Source of the DNA: an uncultured Candidatus Bathyarchaeia archaeon
GTDB taxonomy: Archaea > Thermoproteota > Bathyarchaeia > Bathyarchaeales > SOJC01
Assembly (NCBI GenBank): GCA_964348215.1
Contig: CAYGBS010000001.1
Location: 1-52,653 of the forward strand
DNA length: 52,653 bases
Direction of reading: 5' to 3'
Shown: piece by piece, positions 37,325-46,414 of the stretch
Layout of the letters: the number at the start of each line of letters is the position of its first letter
Position numbering within the stretch: the first letter of the stretch is position 1
Notes under the pieces: generated by a model
Seen by the model: only the letters and a program-made list of their open reading frames with translations
What the model was told of the DNA's origin: nothing
Databases searched by the model: none
Program-made: the position numbers and the translations under genes

Positions 37325-37470
37325 GTTTTTCCCTCTTTTAGAGCAAAATGCCCTTTCAGGTAATTAATTGTTCCACTTATTGAGCCTTCTGTCTCAATAC
37401 TAAACCAAGAGAAAAGATTTTATTGTCGTGGTTCGCTTTCCATAAGACTCTGAGTCAGAGTGACAGAGCT

Positions 37471-39435
37471 ATGTCAAAACAAGTGAAATGGGTTAAAGAA
37501 GATTCAAATAACAAGTTTGTTTTCTGGCCTACTGCAGAAATGAAAAAAAGAGCTTGGGTGAGTGATGAATCGATCTATGATGAAGCAACTAAAGATCCTG
37601 TGGCCTTTTGGGCTGCGAGAGCAAGAGAAGGACTAGAGTGGTTTCACCCATGGACCAAGACGTACCAATGGAATCCCCCATACTATAAATGGTTTATCAA
37701 CGGCAAAATCAATGCTTCCTACAATGCCGTGGATAGGCATGTAAAAACTTGGCGAAAGAATAAAGCAGCAATCATCTGGGAGCCTGAACCCGTCAACGAG
37801 TTTAGCAGAGTACTTACCTACAATGATCTTTACCGAGAGGTCAACAAATTTGCCAACGTGTTGAAAAGCTTAGGCGTGGAGAGAGGCGACCGTGTAGGAA
37901 TCTATCTACCTATGGTTCCAGAAGTAGTAGTAGCCATGCTTGCTTGTGCCCGAATCGGGGCAGCTCACAGCGTTGTCTTCTCAGCTTTTAGCGGCGAATC
38001 GTTGAGAAGCAGGATGCAAGACGCGGAGGCAAAGGTTCTGGTTACTACAGATGGTTACTATCGGCGAGGTAAGGTTATCAACCTTAAAGCAAACGCAGAC
38101 ATCGGAGTCGAGGACACCAAAATCGAGCATGTTGTGGTCTTTAAACGTGCAGGAAACGACGTCAACATGACTGAAGGTAGAGATCTTTGGTGGCATGAAC
38201 TGATGGCAAGGGCTCCACTTTATTGCGAACCAGAGGCAATGGACAGTGAAGACATGCTTTTCATCCTATATACGAGTGGCACCACAGGAAAGCCAAAGGG
38301 CATAGTTCATGATACAGGGGGCTATTTGACCGTTGCTCATTGGACCGCTAAGTGGGATTTTGACCTTCATGACGATGACGTGTTCTGGTGCACTGCAGAC
38401 ATAGGCTGGATCACAGGACACACGTATGCGTGCTACGGACCACTGCTCAACGGTGCGACTGTTCTGATATACGAAGGCGCCCTAGACTTCCCTGAGGTCG
38501 ACAGATGGTGGGAAATAGTGGAGAAATATGATGTTTCAGTTTTTTACACCGCTCCAACAGCTATACGCATGATATTAAGGTGGGGAAAAAAGTGGCCTGA
38601 AAAACATGACCTGAGCAGCCTACGTCTCCTCGGTACAGTTGGGGAACCAATCAACCAAGATGCGTGGATGTGGTACTTCAATCACATAGGCGGCGGAAGG
38701 TGCCCGGTCATAGACACGTGGTGGCAAACCGAAACAGGAGCAACTCTCATTAATGCTCTACCGGGCATCGGGCCATTTATCCCCACAGTTGCTGGTAGAA
38801 GTTTCCCTGGCACAATTCATGATATCCTAGACGAAACTGGACAGCCCGTTCGGATAGGCCAAGGTGGTTATCTTGTTCAAAAAAGTCCCTTTGCGCCAGG
38901 TATGCTTAGAGGAGTTTACCAAGACCCTGAAAGATACAGGGCTCAGTACTGGAGTGTGTACGGCGACAAAATCTACTATACAAGCGACGGTGCCATATGG
39001 TGGGATGAATCAGGCAACATCCGCTTAACTGGAAGAGTGGACGACGTGATGAAGGTTGCTGGCCATAGGCTTTCAACTGCCGAAGTGGAAAACGCGTTAA
39101 CACAACACATTTCAGTCGCAGAATGTGCAGTGGTGGCCGCGCCCCATGAAGTAAAAGGTGAAGTTCCCATTGCCTTTGTAGTCTTAAAGCGAGGAATAAC
39201 TTCTTCCCCCGAACTTGAACGTGAACTGGTGCAACAAGTGGTCAAAGTCATAGGACCCACAGCAAAGCCAGCAAAAATAGTATTCACAGATGCACTGCCA
39301 AAAACGAGAAGCGGAAAAATCATGCGAAGAATTCTAAAAGCCTTGGTGAAAGGCGAAACGATTGGGGACATTACAACCTTAATGAACCCTGAAACTGTTG
39401 AAGATCTAAAAAGGAAAGTCAAAGCCACAACCTAG
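37471..39435 (+). CDS. acs: Acetyl-CoA synthetase (AMP-forming)
   Basis: YTSGTTGKPKG, WWQTETG, and a C-terminal PKTRSGKIMRR. Start placed at ATG 37471 (the track ORF starts at 37423). Confidence 0.9.
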   Translation: MSKQVKWVKEDSNNKFVFWPTAEMKKRAWVSDESIYDEATKDPVAFWAARAREGLEWFHPWTKTYQWNPPYYKWFINGKINASYNAVDRHVKTWRKNKAAIIWEPEPVNEFSRVLTYNDLYREVNKFANVLKSLGVERGDRVGIYLPMVPEVVVAMLACARIGAAHSVVFSAFSGESLRSRMQDAEAKVLVTTDGYYRRGKVINLKANADIGVEDTKIEHVVVFKRAGNDVNMTEGRDLWWHELMARAPLYCEPEAMDSEDMLFILYTSGTTGKPKGIVHDTGGYLTVAHWTAKWDFDLHDDDVFWCTADIGWITGHTYACYGPLLNGATVLIYEGALDFPEVDRWWEIVEKYDVSVFYTAPTAIRMILRWGKKWPEKHDLSSLRLLGTVGEPINQDAWMWYFNHIGGGRCPVIDTWWQTETGATLINALPGIGPFIPTVAGRSFPGTIHDILDETGQPVRIGQGGYLVQKSPFAPGMLRGVYQDPERYRAQYWSVYGDKIYYTSDGAIWWDESGNIRLTGRVDDVMKVAGHRLSTAEVENALTQHISVAECAVVAAPHEVKGEVPIAFVVLKRGITSSPELERELVQQVVKVIGPTAKPAKIVFTDALPKTRSGKIMRRILKALVKGETIGDITTLMNPETVEDLKRKVKATT

Positions 39436-40087
39436 ATCATAATATAAAAACTATTTTACACAACAGCGAATCGAGGCTGTTCTTAAAGAAAAACAGGGAA
39501 ATCATGGGCAATGAATTATGAAAAGAAACTCCCAGAAGACCATTTAGAACGTGCGTGAAAAGAAACTCTAAGTCGGGAATTCGACATCTAATAATGTTTT
39601 GGTGCGGTCTAATGGAGAACACTGGAAAGCTCTCGCGTGGCGCGCCTTGACCCTAAAAAGAGGTGGTTGTGGTAGGCTTTAGCAAAAACATCACGAAAGG
39701 AGAAAGGAGAATGCTTCCTGACCACAACCCCCTAGGTAGAGCTAAGTTCTATAATTAAGTTCTATATAAAACTTTCACAACAAAACCCATTTCTGGAAGG
39801 AAACAAAAAGGTTTTATCCGAGAATTTTGCTTTTCCTAAACTTCCTTCAGATTGCCGAATGCTCTTAGAACAACTCTGTCATAGCTGGATGGCATACATG
39901 CAATCTGTGACATTCATGATTATGTTGTTTCAGCATTCATTGATTAGATAATTTCTCGTGTGAGACTAAGGTAAGAGGCCTACGATATGTCTTCCTAGAA
40001 TCTTCGAATCTCTTGCTTTACTAAGACTTCATATTCCTTATATAATGAGTTTTACTTGAGTTTTGAAAGCGTTTCCGGAATTCTCTG

Positions 40088-42028
40088 TCACATTTTCTCA
40101 GGAGCTACAATGCCGATCAGATTTAACGCATTTCTGAGTACTTTGCTAACTGCTTCAACCAGCTCTAGTCGAGCGGCGCTTAAAGCTTTCGGCTTCGCTT
40201 TTATAACTGGTAAAGCATTGTAGAAACTGTTGAACTTGTCGGCTAAAGCATTTGCGTAGTCGGCGATTGCGTTGGGTTTGAGTTTTTCTGCGGAGTTGAT
40301 GAAAGTTTCTGGAAAACGTGCCAGCATCAAAACAAGATCTTGCTCTAATGGTTCTGTCAGTAGTGAATAATCTGGGTTTTCAGGTTTCTTCTGCGCTTTT
40401 CTCAAAATGCTGCGAGCCCGTGCATGAGAATACTGAATGTTAGGTGCGCTGTTTCTCTCAAAGTCTATCACTCTATCCCATGTAAAAACCACGGGCTTTA
40501 CGGGATCAACTACAACAAGGGCATATTTGAGGGCTCCAACTCCAACGATCTTCGAGATTTTCATCTTTTCTTCTTCGGATAGTTGAGGTGATCGCTTCTC
40601 CACTTCTTCACGAGCTCTTTTTATGGCTTCAGCCATTACTTCGTCAAGGGCTATGTAGCGTCCTCTACGGCTGGACATCTTGTATCCTGGTAGTGTTACT
40701 AGATTGTATGCGAAATGCGTAAGGTTCCTTGCTTGCTCAGCATGCCCTAACGCCCATACGGCCAGTTTCAATTGTAGTTGTGGCAGCTTTTGTTCCATTC
40801 CGACGACGTTGATCACTTTTGTTGCCCTCTTGAATTTCCACAGAGTGTAGGGGATGTCTCGGGTCGTGTAGAGGGTTGTGCCGTCTGCGCGTACCAATGT
40901 CAAAGAGGGGATCTCGTAGTCGTCTCTTATGCCAAGGGAGCGTTTCAGCTTGTAGTCTTCTGCGACTTTGTTGGCGTCGAATTCTAGAACGGGGCCTTCT
41001 CGAAAAACGTAGTTAGTCTTTTTCAAAGTTTCCAACGTTTTTGCTGTATCACTATTCCAGGTGAACTTGCTTTCCCAATCCCAAGAGTTGAAGAGAATCT
41101 CTGCTTGAGTAAGAGTTTCTTTTATGCCTTCTAGTGAGAGCTTGCATACTTCGCGAACAAGTTTTTTGGCTTCTTCTTCGCCATTTTCATATGCACGGTT
41201 CAAATTATCAGCTATAGTCTCGATGTCTTTGCTGGCTCTTTCGAGAAGTTGGTAAAAGAGTTTTGGGTGTTTTCTTTCCAATTCAGCTGCAATCGAAGTC
41301 CATTCGCCCAGTTGTCTATGTAACTGCTGAACAGTTTCAGATGCTGGGTTGTTTTCTCTTTCTATTGCCTTCTTAAGTCTCTGGATTTCCATAATACAGC
41401 TGGCTAGAGTATAGATTAGACCGATATAGTGGTCCGGCTTTTCCTCTACGGTTGGTCTACCCAGTTTCTTGTATCCATATGCAGCCACTGCAGTTTGGCG
41501 TCCAACATCGTCAACATAAAAATGCCTAAAGACCGTGTGACCCCTTGCAGCCAAGATCCGCGCAAGTGCGTCTCCCAGGAAGGGATTTCTTGCTTGACCA
41601 ATGTGGATGGGTGATATGGGGTTCGCGCTTGTGTGTTCTACAATAATCTTCTCCGGCTCTTCTGTTTTGACATGGCCATATGCTACATCCAAAGCCGTAA
41701 CAGACTCAATTGTTATCTTCAAGAGTCTACCAAAGTCCACGTAAAAGTTCGTATATCCTCCCCCAGCGGCTTTTACAGCACTTATGAGTGGGAAATCTTT
41801 TACTTTGATGGAACTCACGATTTGCTCTGCCAATTTGCGCGGTTGCCTTTTCAGCTTCTTTCCAAGTTCAAAAAAAACTGCTGAAGACAGGTTTCCAAAC
41901 TTAGGGTTAGCTGGAATTTCCAGCAAAAACGATTCGATAGAGATGGATGGATAAAGACTAGTGAACGACTTTTTCAAAGCTCTCCTGCAATCTCTTCGAA
42001 AGTTGCCGAAAGGATTCACGGAGACCAT
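40088..42028 (-). CDS. argS: Arginine--tRNA ligase
   Basis: HTSANPISPIHIGQARN (HIGH region), a class I fold, and a C-terminal DALR-type anticodon-binding domain. Start placed at MVSVNPFG; the track ORF's upstream extension looks non-ArgRS. Confidence 0.9.
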   Translation of the reverse strand: MVSVNPFGNFRRDCRRALKKSFTSLYPSISIESFLLEIPANPKFGNLSSAVFFELGKKLKRQPRKLAEQIVSSIKVKDFPLISAVKAAGGGYTNFYVDFGRLLKITIESVTALDVAYGHVKTEEPEKIIVEHTSANPISPIHIGQARNPFLGDALARILAARGHTVFRHFYVDDVGRQTAVAAYGYKKLGRPTVEEKPDHYIGLIYTLASCIMEIQRLKKAIERENNPASETVQQLHRQLGEWTSIAAELERKHPKLFYQLLERASKDIETIADNLNRAYENGEEEAKKLVREVCKLSLEGIKETLTQAEILFNSWDWESKFTWNSDTAKTLETLKKTNYVFREGPVLEFDANKVAEDYKLKRSLGIRDDYEIPSLTLVRADGTTLYTTRDIPYTLWKFKRATKVINVVGMEQKLPQLQLKLAVWALGHAEQARNLTHFAYNLVTLPGYKMSSRRGRYIALDEVMAEAIKRAREEVEKRSPQLSEEEKMKISKIVGVGALKYALVVVDPVKPVVFTWDRVIDFERNSAPNIQYSHARARSILRKAQKKPENPDYSLLTEPLEQDLVLMLARFPETFINSAEKLKPNAIADYANALADKFNSFYNALPVIKAKPKALSAARLELVEAVSKVLRNALNLIGIVAPEKM

Positions 42029-42150
42029 GCTGCAATTACCTGTGAAAGCATATCCAACCTCACAAACCTTGCAGACACCCTTTTCCGAGGTAACTAATAA
42101 ACTGTTTGACAGGTAAGGAAACAAGAAAACTGGTAAGGCTCTTTCCCAAG

Positions 42151-42363
42151 CTATGTTCTCAGCGATTTTGGCGGGATATTGTCTAGGTCCAAACTTGCTT
42201 GTTTCCCCGAAATCTTCTGCACGGTCCAATGTAGAACTTCATGACTTAGAACGTCTTCAATCTTGCCGTCGTGTTCACCAAAAATATAGATCTCCCCTCC
42301 GCCTGTGTCGTAAATCCCATAGATTGGAGGAAAATGAAAGTGAAATCGCAGCCTCCTACGCAT
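42151..42363 (-). CDS. Small hypothetical ORF with an HExxH motif (uncertain)
   Basis: 70 aa containing ...EIYIFGEHDGKIEDVLSHEVLHW.... Lies between tRNA-Arg and argS. Its 3' end overlaps the open frame upstream of argS, which itself encodes CKVCEVGYAFTGNC. Confidence 0.25.
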   Translation of the reverse strand: MRRRLRFHFHFPPIYGIYDTGGGEIYIFGEHDGKIEDVLSHEVLHWTVQKISGKQASLDLDNIPPKSLRT

Positions 42364-42493
42364 CTTCAGAGACCCTCTTAAACTAGTGTGTGAAACACGG
42401 AAGATATATCCATATTTGCGAAATGCGGAATATTCCTGTTACAGATACAGCTCTAGAACTCACCGTAAGTGTTTATCCTGGGGGAAGATATTT

Positions 42494-42572
42494 TGGCGGG
42501 CCCGTGGGGATTTGAACCCCAGATCTCCGGCTCCGCAGGCCAGCGTCCTAATCCAGACTAGACCACGGGCCC
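42494..42572 (-). tRNA. tRNA-Arg (anticodon GCG), CCA encoded
   Basis: Minus strand: GGGCCCG-UG-GUCU-AGUCUGGAUUA-GGAC-G-CUGGC-CUGCGGA-GCCGG-AGAUC-UGGGG-UUCAAAU-CCCCA-CGGGCCC-G-CCA. It folds by hand into a full cloverleaf with anticodon loop CU-GCG-GA. Confidence 0.9.
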
Positions 42573-42840
42573 TTAGGACGAACTAAGGTATTCTGGATGA
42601 TCCGAGGAATGTAAGTTTTTTCTTCTTAAAGAGTTTGCAGTTGTCTACGTCTGCCAAGCATTTGAAATCCTGCTTCCGCCAACTTTTTTTCATCCCTAAA
42701 CTGTTCTAGCACTTCAAGATTGCTCTCAAGAAACAGCGGTCTGCGTGTGATAGTTCCATTCTAATCACGGCCTTGGGCAGATTGCATGTCACCCGTCAGA
42801 ATATGTGTTTGCATAAGAGCAGTTTTTGGTGGAAAGGAAT

Positions 42841-43277
42841 CTATCTAGCCTTTTGTCCAGTCTTCTTATAGTATTCCTGTGCAACTTTCATGGCTTTTTC
42901 CGCGTTTTTCTTCTTGCTATAGAATCTGAAGTGTTTTACGAACAGAGAATCAGGATTTAGTTCAACATATTTCTTGAAGCACTCTCTAGCCAGCTTGAGA
43001 TCTCCTTCAAACATTGCTACTCTTCCTGATTCCAGTAGTGTGCCCCTGCGATCTTCGGGTTCTTATTCTCGCCCTTTTCACATTTCTTGGCTAGTTCAAG
43101 ATAATAGTCTGCGCCTTTTGCAGCTAAACTGCTTGGATCTGAGGAAACCGTGAAACTAACAGCATCAGACAATTCCTTATCGTCTCCAAACATGTTGAAG
43201 CAAGTTCTACGCAACGATAAAGTCTCTTGGTCTGCTATATGCATACCTTCTTTCATCTTTCCAACTCGAACCTTCAA
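42841..43277 (-). pseudogene. Small TPR-repeat gene, either split by a frameshift near 43015-43025 or two adjacent mini-ORFs
   Basis: ORF 43017..43277 ends ...NPKIAGAHYWNQEE*. The adjacent frame continues GRVAMFEGDLKLARECFKKYVELNPDSLFVKHF...KKTGQKAR* down to 42841. Joined, the two read as a contiguous TPR unit. Confidence 0.4.
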
Positions 43278-43317
43278 CTCGTCTCAGGCGAGAGTTGCCT
43301 GTCACAGTATAAAACTA

Positions 43318-44946
43318 TTACGGGGATTGTTCTTCCAGCCTGTTCTTCAACGCTCTGACTAATGCTTCTATGACTCTATGTTTTCCCATTGCAACTATGT
43401 ACGGTCCCAATCTGGGACCTCTAGGTGTTCCAAGAAGAATTGTGTAGAGTGTTCTGAAGAATCGCTTGGGCGACATATTGTGCTTTCTTGCAGTGGCAAA
43501 TATTGCACCTTGAATGGTCTCGGCATCTACTTCGCTCTGGAGAAATGTTACAAGCTCTTCTATCGCCTTTCTTTCATTTGTTCTTAGCTTAAGTGAAGTT
43601 TCTTTTATTTCCGCGAAATCATGATTCCAGTTAGAAGCATATTCGATTCTCTCCTCCAGGGCAGGGGGCACTCGTTCTTGTTCTTTGCCTTCTATGTAAC
43701 CATATTCTTGAAGTTTCTGAATGACATATTCTGTTTTTCTGCCTATGGGAGCGATCTTGACTAGATATGCAAGTAGATTGTAGGGTACGTGGATGGAAGG
43801 TTCGGATGGGGAGTTGAGCCACCAGCAATACTTGTAGAGTCCTGTAAGTTTGGCAAGCTCCTTTTGATTGGCGATTTGCTTCTTGCCGAAGTATATATCT
43901 TCTAACTCATCGAATTCGTTCATGTACGTAGGAATGTCAAAGACTGAAACAGCGCGTGCACCTACAAAGCGTTTCAGCATAAGCAGGATGAGGGATTGTG
44001 GTGAACCGTAGCGAAACCAATTTTGCGGAGATAATACTACACCAGCTGATTTAGAGAACCTCTCTCCACTCTTTGGCAGAAACAGCTCGTATTTTGAGTG
44101 ATACGGCGGCGGCCAGCTTAGGATTTCTGTGCAGATTCGGTCGTTTACCCTTACCGAATCAGCTATGTCTTTTCCGTAGGCTTCGAATCTGATATCGAGG
44201 GCTTTCCATCGTGCAGCGAACTCTGCCTTCCAGGCTAGTTTTCCTTCAGCCTTCGTGTAGTCGACTTCACCTTTGTGTCCGCATCCTTGGAACTGTTGTC
44301 CCTTAATCTCCATTCCTTCACAAGTGTATAGAACCTTGTTTTCTTTTGGAAGTAGCTCATGGGCTTTCGTTGTGTAGATTCTGCCGCAGTTTGCACAAAT
44401 GGCAAAGTAGGGAAGTACTTCCTCAAACTTTTCCTGTCCGACCTCTTCTCTAATTATCTCACCTACACGCTTCGCGTTCAAGAGTATGGTTTTTATTTCC
44501 TCGTTGAGGAGTCCGCGTTCATACACGTCTGTAGCTGACATAAATGTATATTTGACTCCGCATTTATCAAAGGCTTCAAGCATCAGCGAGGTAGCGTGTT
44601 CACCGAAGCTTCTATGACATTTATGCGGGTCCGGAATGGAGGTTACTGGATACCCCAAGTACTTTCTCATTGTTTCAGGCATTCCAGCTGGGACTTTGCG
44701 CAGGCCATCTTTGTCATCGGCGAACGCTATCAGCTCAGAAGGATAATCCTGTGCTTCCAATGCAACAGTTACGGCGTAGGATCTTATGGCGTCGCTTAAA
44801 TTTCCTATGTGAGGGATGCCTGAAGCGCTGACTCCCATTTCTGTTCGGATAGAGTCGAGACTGCGATCTAATTCGCGTTCTCTTTCTATGATGCTGGCTG
44901 CTGTCTTGTCGTACCATGTGCCGTGGCCGATGATTTCTTCAGTCAT
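43318..44946 (-). CDS. lysK: Class I lysine--tRNA ligase
   Basis: SGIPHIGNLSDAIR (HIGH-like), ERFSKSAG (KMSKS-like), ~540 aa. Start at MTEEIIGHGTWYDK. Confidence 0.85.
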   Translation of the reverse strand: MTEEIIGHGTWYDKTAASIIERERELDRSLDSIRTEMGVSASGIPHIGNLSDAIRSYAVTVALEAQDYPSELIAFADDKDGLRKVPAGMPETMRKYLGYPVTSIPDPHKCHRSFGEHATSLMLEAFDKCGVKYTFMSATDVYERGLLNEEIKTILLNAKRVGEIIREEVGQEKFEEVLPYFAICANCGRIYTTKAHELLPKENKVLYTCEGMEIKGQQFQGCGHKGEVDYTKAEGKLAWKAEFAARWKALDIRFEAYGKDIADSVRVNDRICTEILSWPPPYHSKYELFLPKSGERFSKSAGVVLSPQNWFRYGSPQSLILLMLKRFVGARAVSVFDIPTYMNEFDELEDIYFGKKQIANQKELAKLTGLYKYCWWLNSPSEPSIHVPYNLLAYLVKIAPIGRKTEYVIQKLQEYGYIEGKEQERVPPALEERIEYASNWNHDFAEIKETSLKLRTNERKAIEELVTFLQSEVDAETIQGAIFATARKHNMSPKRFFRTLYTILLGTPRGPRLGPYIVAMGKHRVIEALVRALKNRLEEQSP

Positions 44947-45006
44947 TAATACTTCAATCCACGAAACTATGAGCGTTGGAAAATAAAAATTGTTGTGCAT
45001 AGAAGC

Positions 45007-46290
45007 CTAAGGAGCATTCTGAGTCTCAATCATACCTACTCGTTCTTCGGGTTCATGTATGAGAAAGAGAACTATGGAAAGCTGCGGGATGACCATGCCA
45101 AGAGTTATCCAAAATGGCAACTGAGGCACACCCATCTTCATCCCTTCGATGAAGAGAAAGTTACCCAGAAGCATGCCAAAGCCCATTACTATGTAACCTG
45201 TGAAGTTTATGAATCCATTTACCTTTCCTCTGTTCTGAGGTTGGACGAGATCGGTTGAAAGAGCTACCGCTGCCGACATCACCAACAACTGGGCAATTCC
45301 GAAAAGAACCATCGAAATTGCAACTGTCAGAAGGTTGCCCGTGACAAAGATCAAAGTGGCTGCGCCAAGTGTGAGTAGCCCGAGAGTTAGCGGGATTTTT
45401 CTTCCAAATTTGTCGACAACTTTACCTATTGGGATTGAAGCCACAACCATGGTCAACAGAAGGGGAATAAAGACAAGCCACCACTGTTCTTCAGGTATTA
45501 AGAGCACATCCCTCGCATAGAGCGCGTTGATAACTTGAGTGATGGACATCCCAAACATTACGGTGATCTGGCCGATAAACATCCAGAACATCGATCGGGG
45601 CACAACCTTCCAAACGGCAACACTCTCTCTGATGGCCTTAGGATATGAAGATATGAAATATCTGAAGCGAATGGGATCTTTATTTGTCATTGTTTCTTTT
45701 AGCTGAAGTCGCCATACTGCAGCAGTGAGATAGAGAGCAGTCATGATGAGGTAGATAATTCGCATGCTGCCCTCAAGTCCAAACTGCAACAGAAGAAATC
45801 CAGCGATTATAGGACCAGGGGTGTTGAAGGTGCCGTGGATGAGCATGATGATTGAGGAGCCCATACCGCGACGCTCTGGAGGAAGCGAATCCTGAACCAT
45901 TGCAAATAAGGCGGGCTGATAAATTAAACAAAGACTACTCACCACTGAACCTATCAACACAAAATGCCACGTGGGCGCAAGTGCAAAGAACAGCCAAGAC
46001 AAGGCCATTCCGAAAGTCATGGTTGTTATTAGCCAACGTCTTCCATATTTGTCTGTAAGGTAACCGCCTGGGAAGGCTACCGCTGCCATCGCAAGAAAGC
46101 CAGCCAGACCTATGACCCCCAAAGACATAGGTGGCCCACCCAAAACGTCCTGTACATAGTACTGAAAGTTCGGAGTGGGCATTTCCATGGCTAGATCCAT
46201 TATTATCCAACTTATCACAAGAATTCGATAGTTGCCTGTGATGAAGGAGAACTCTTGCCTGAGAAGGTCAATCATGCCCATGAATTTCAC
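45007..46290 (-). CDS. MFS transporter
   Basis: 427 aa with 12 predicted TM segments. The loop motif GYLTDKYGRRW lies between TM2 and TM3. Confidence 0.8.
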   Translation of the reverse strand: MKFMGMIDLLRQEFSFITGNYRILVISWIIMDLAMEMPTPNFQYYVQDVLGGPPMSLGVIGLAGFLAMAAVAFPGGYLTDKYGRRWLITTMTFGMALSWLFFALAPTWHFVLIGSVVSSLCLIYQPALFAMVQDSLPPERRGMGSSIIMLIHGTFNTPGPIIAGFLLLQFGLEGSMRIIYLIMTALYLTAAVWRLQLKETMTNKDPIRFRYFISSYPKAIRESVAVWKVVPRSMFWMFIGQITVMFGMSITQVINALYARDVLLIPEEQWWLVFIPLLLTMVVASIPIGKVVDKFGRKIPLTLGLLTLGAATLIFVTGNLLTVAISMVLFGIAQLLVMSAAVALSTDLVQPQNRGKVNGFINFTGYIVMGFGMLLGNFLFIEGMKMGVPQLPFWITLGMVIPQLSIVLFLIHEPEERVGMIETQNAP

Positions 46291-46414
46291 TCTTTGAGAT
46301 GAAACGGTTGCTCATTTAAGTCTTAACCTGCACTCTCAGCTCATCGGATCAGCGGAGAAGCGTTTTTCTGCAGATTCCAACGATATATCTACAGCAGCCT
46401 TGATGTGAAAAGGA

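Noticed and set aside
42029-42229. N-terminal 67-aa extension of the argS ORF (contains CKVCEVGYAFTGNC).
   Set aside because: ArgRS homology (N-terminal additional domain) starts at MVSVNPFG. The extension may be a remnant or part of the adjacent small HExxH ORF in another frame. The evidence is too weak to call a gene or a frameshift.
42386-42586. Plus-strand 66-aa ORF.
   Set aside because: It lies antisense across a perfectly folding tRNA-Arg gene, so it is spurious.
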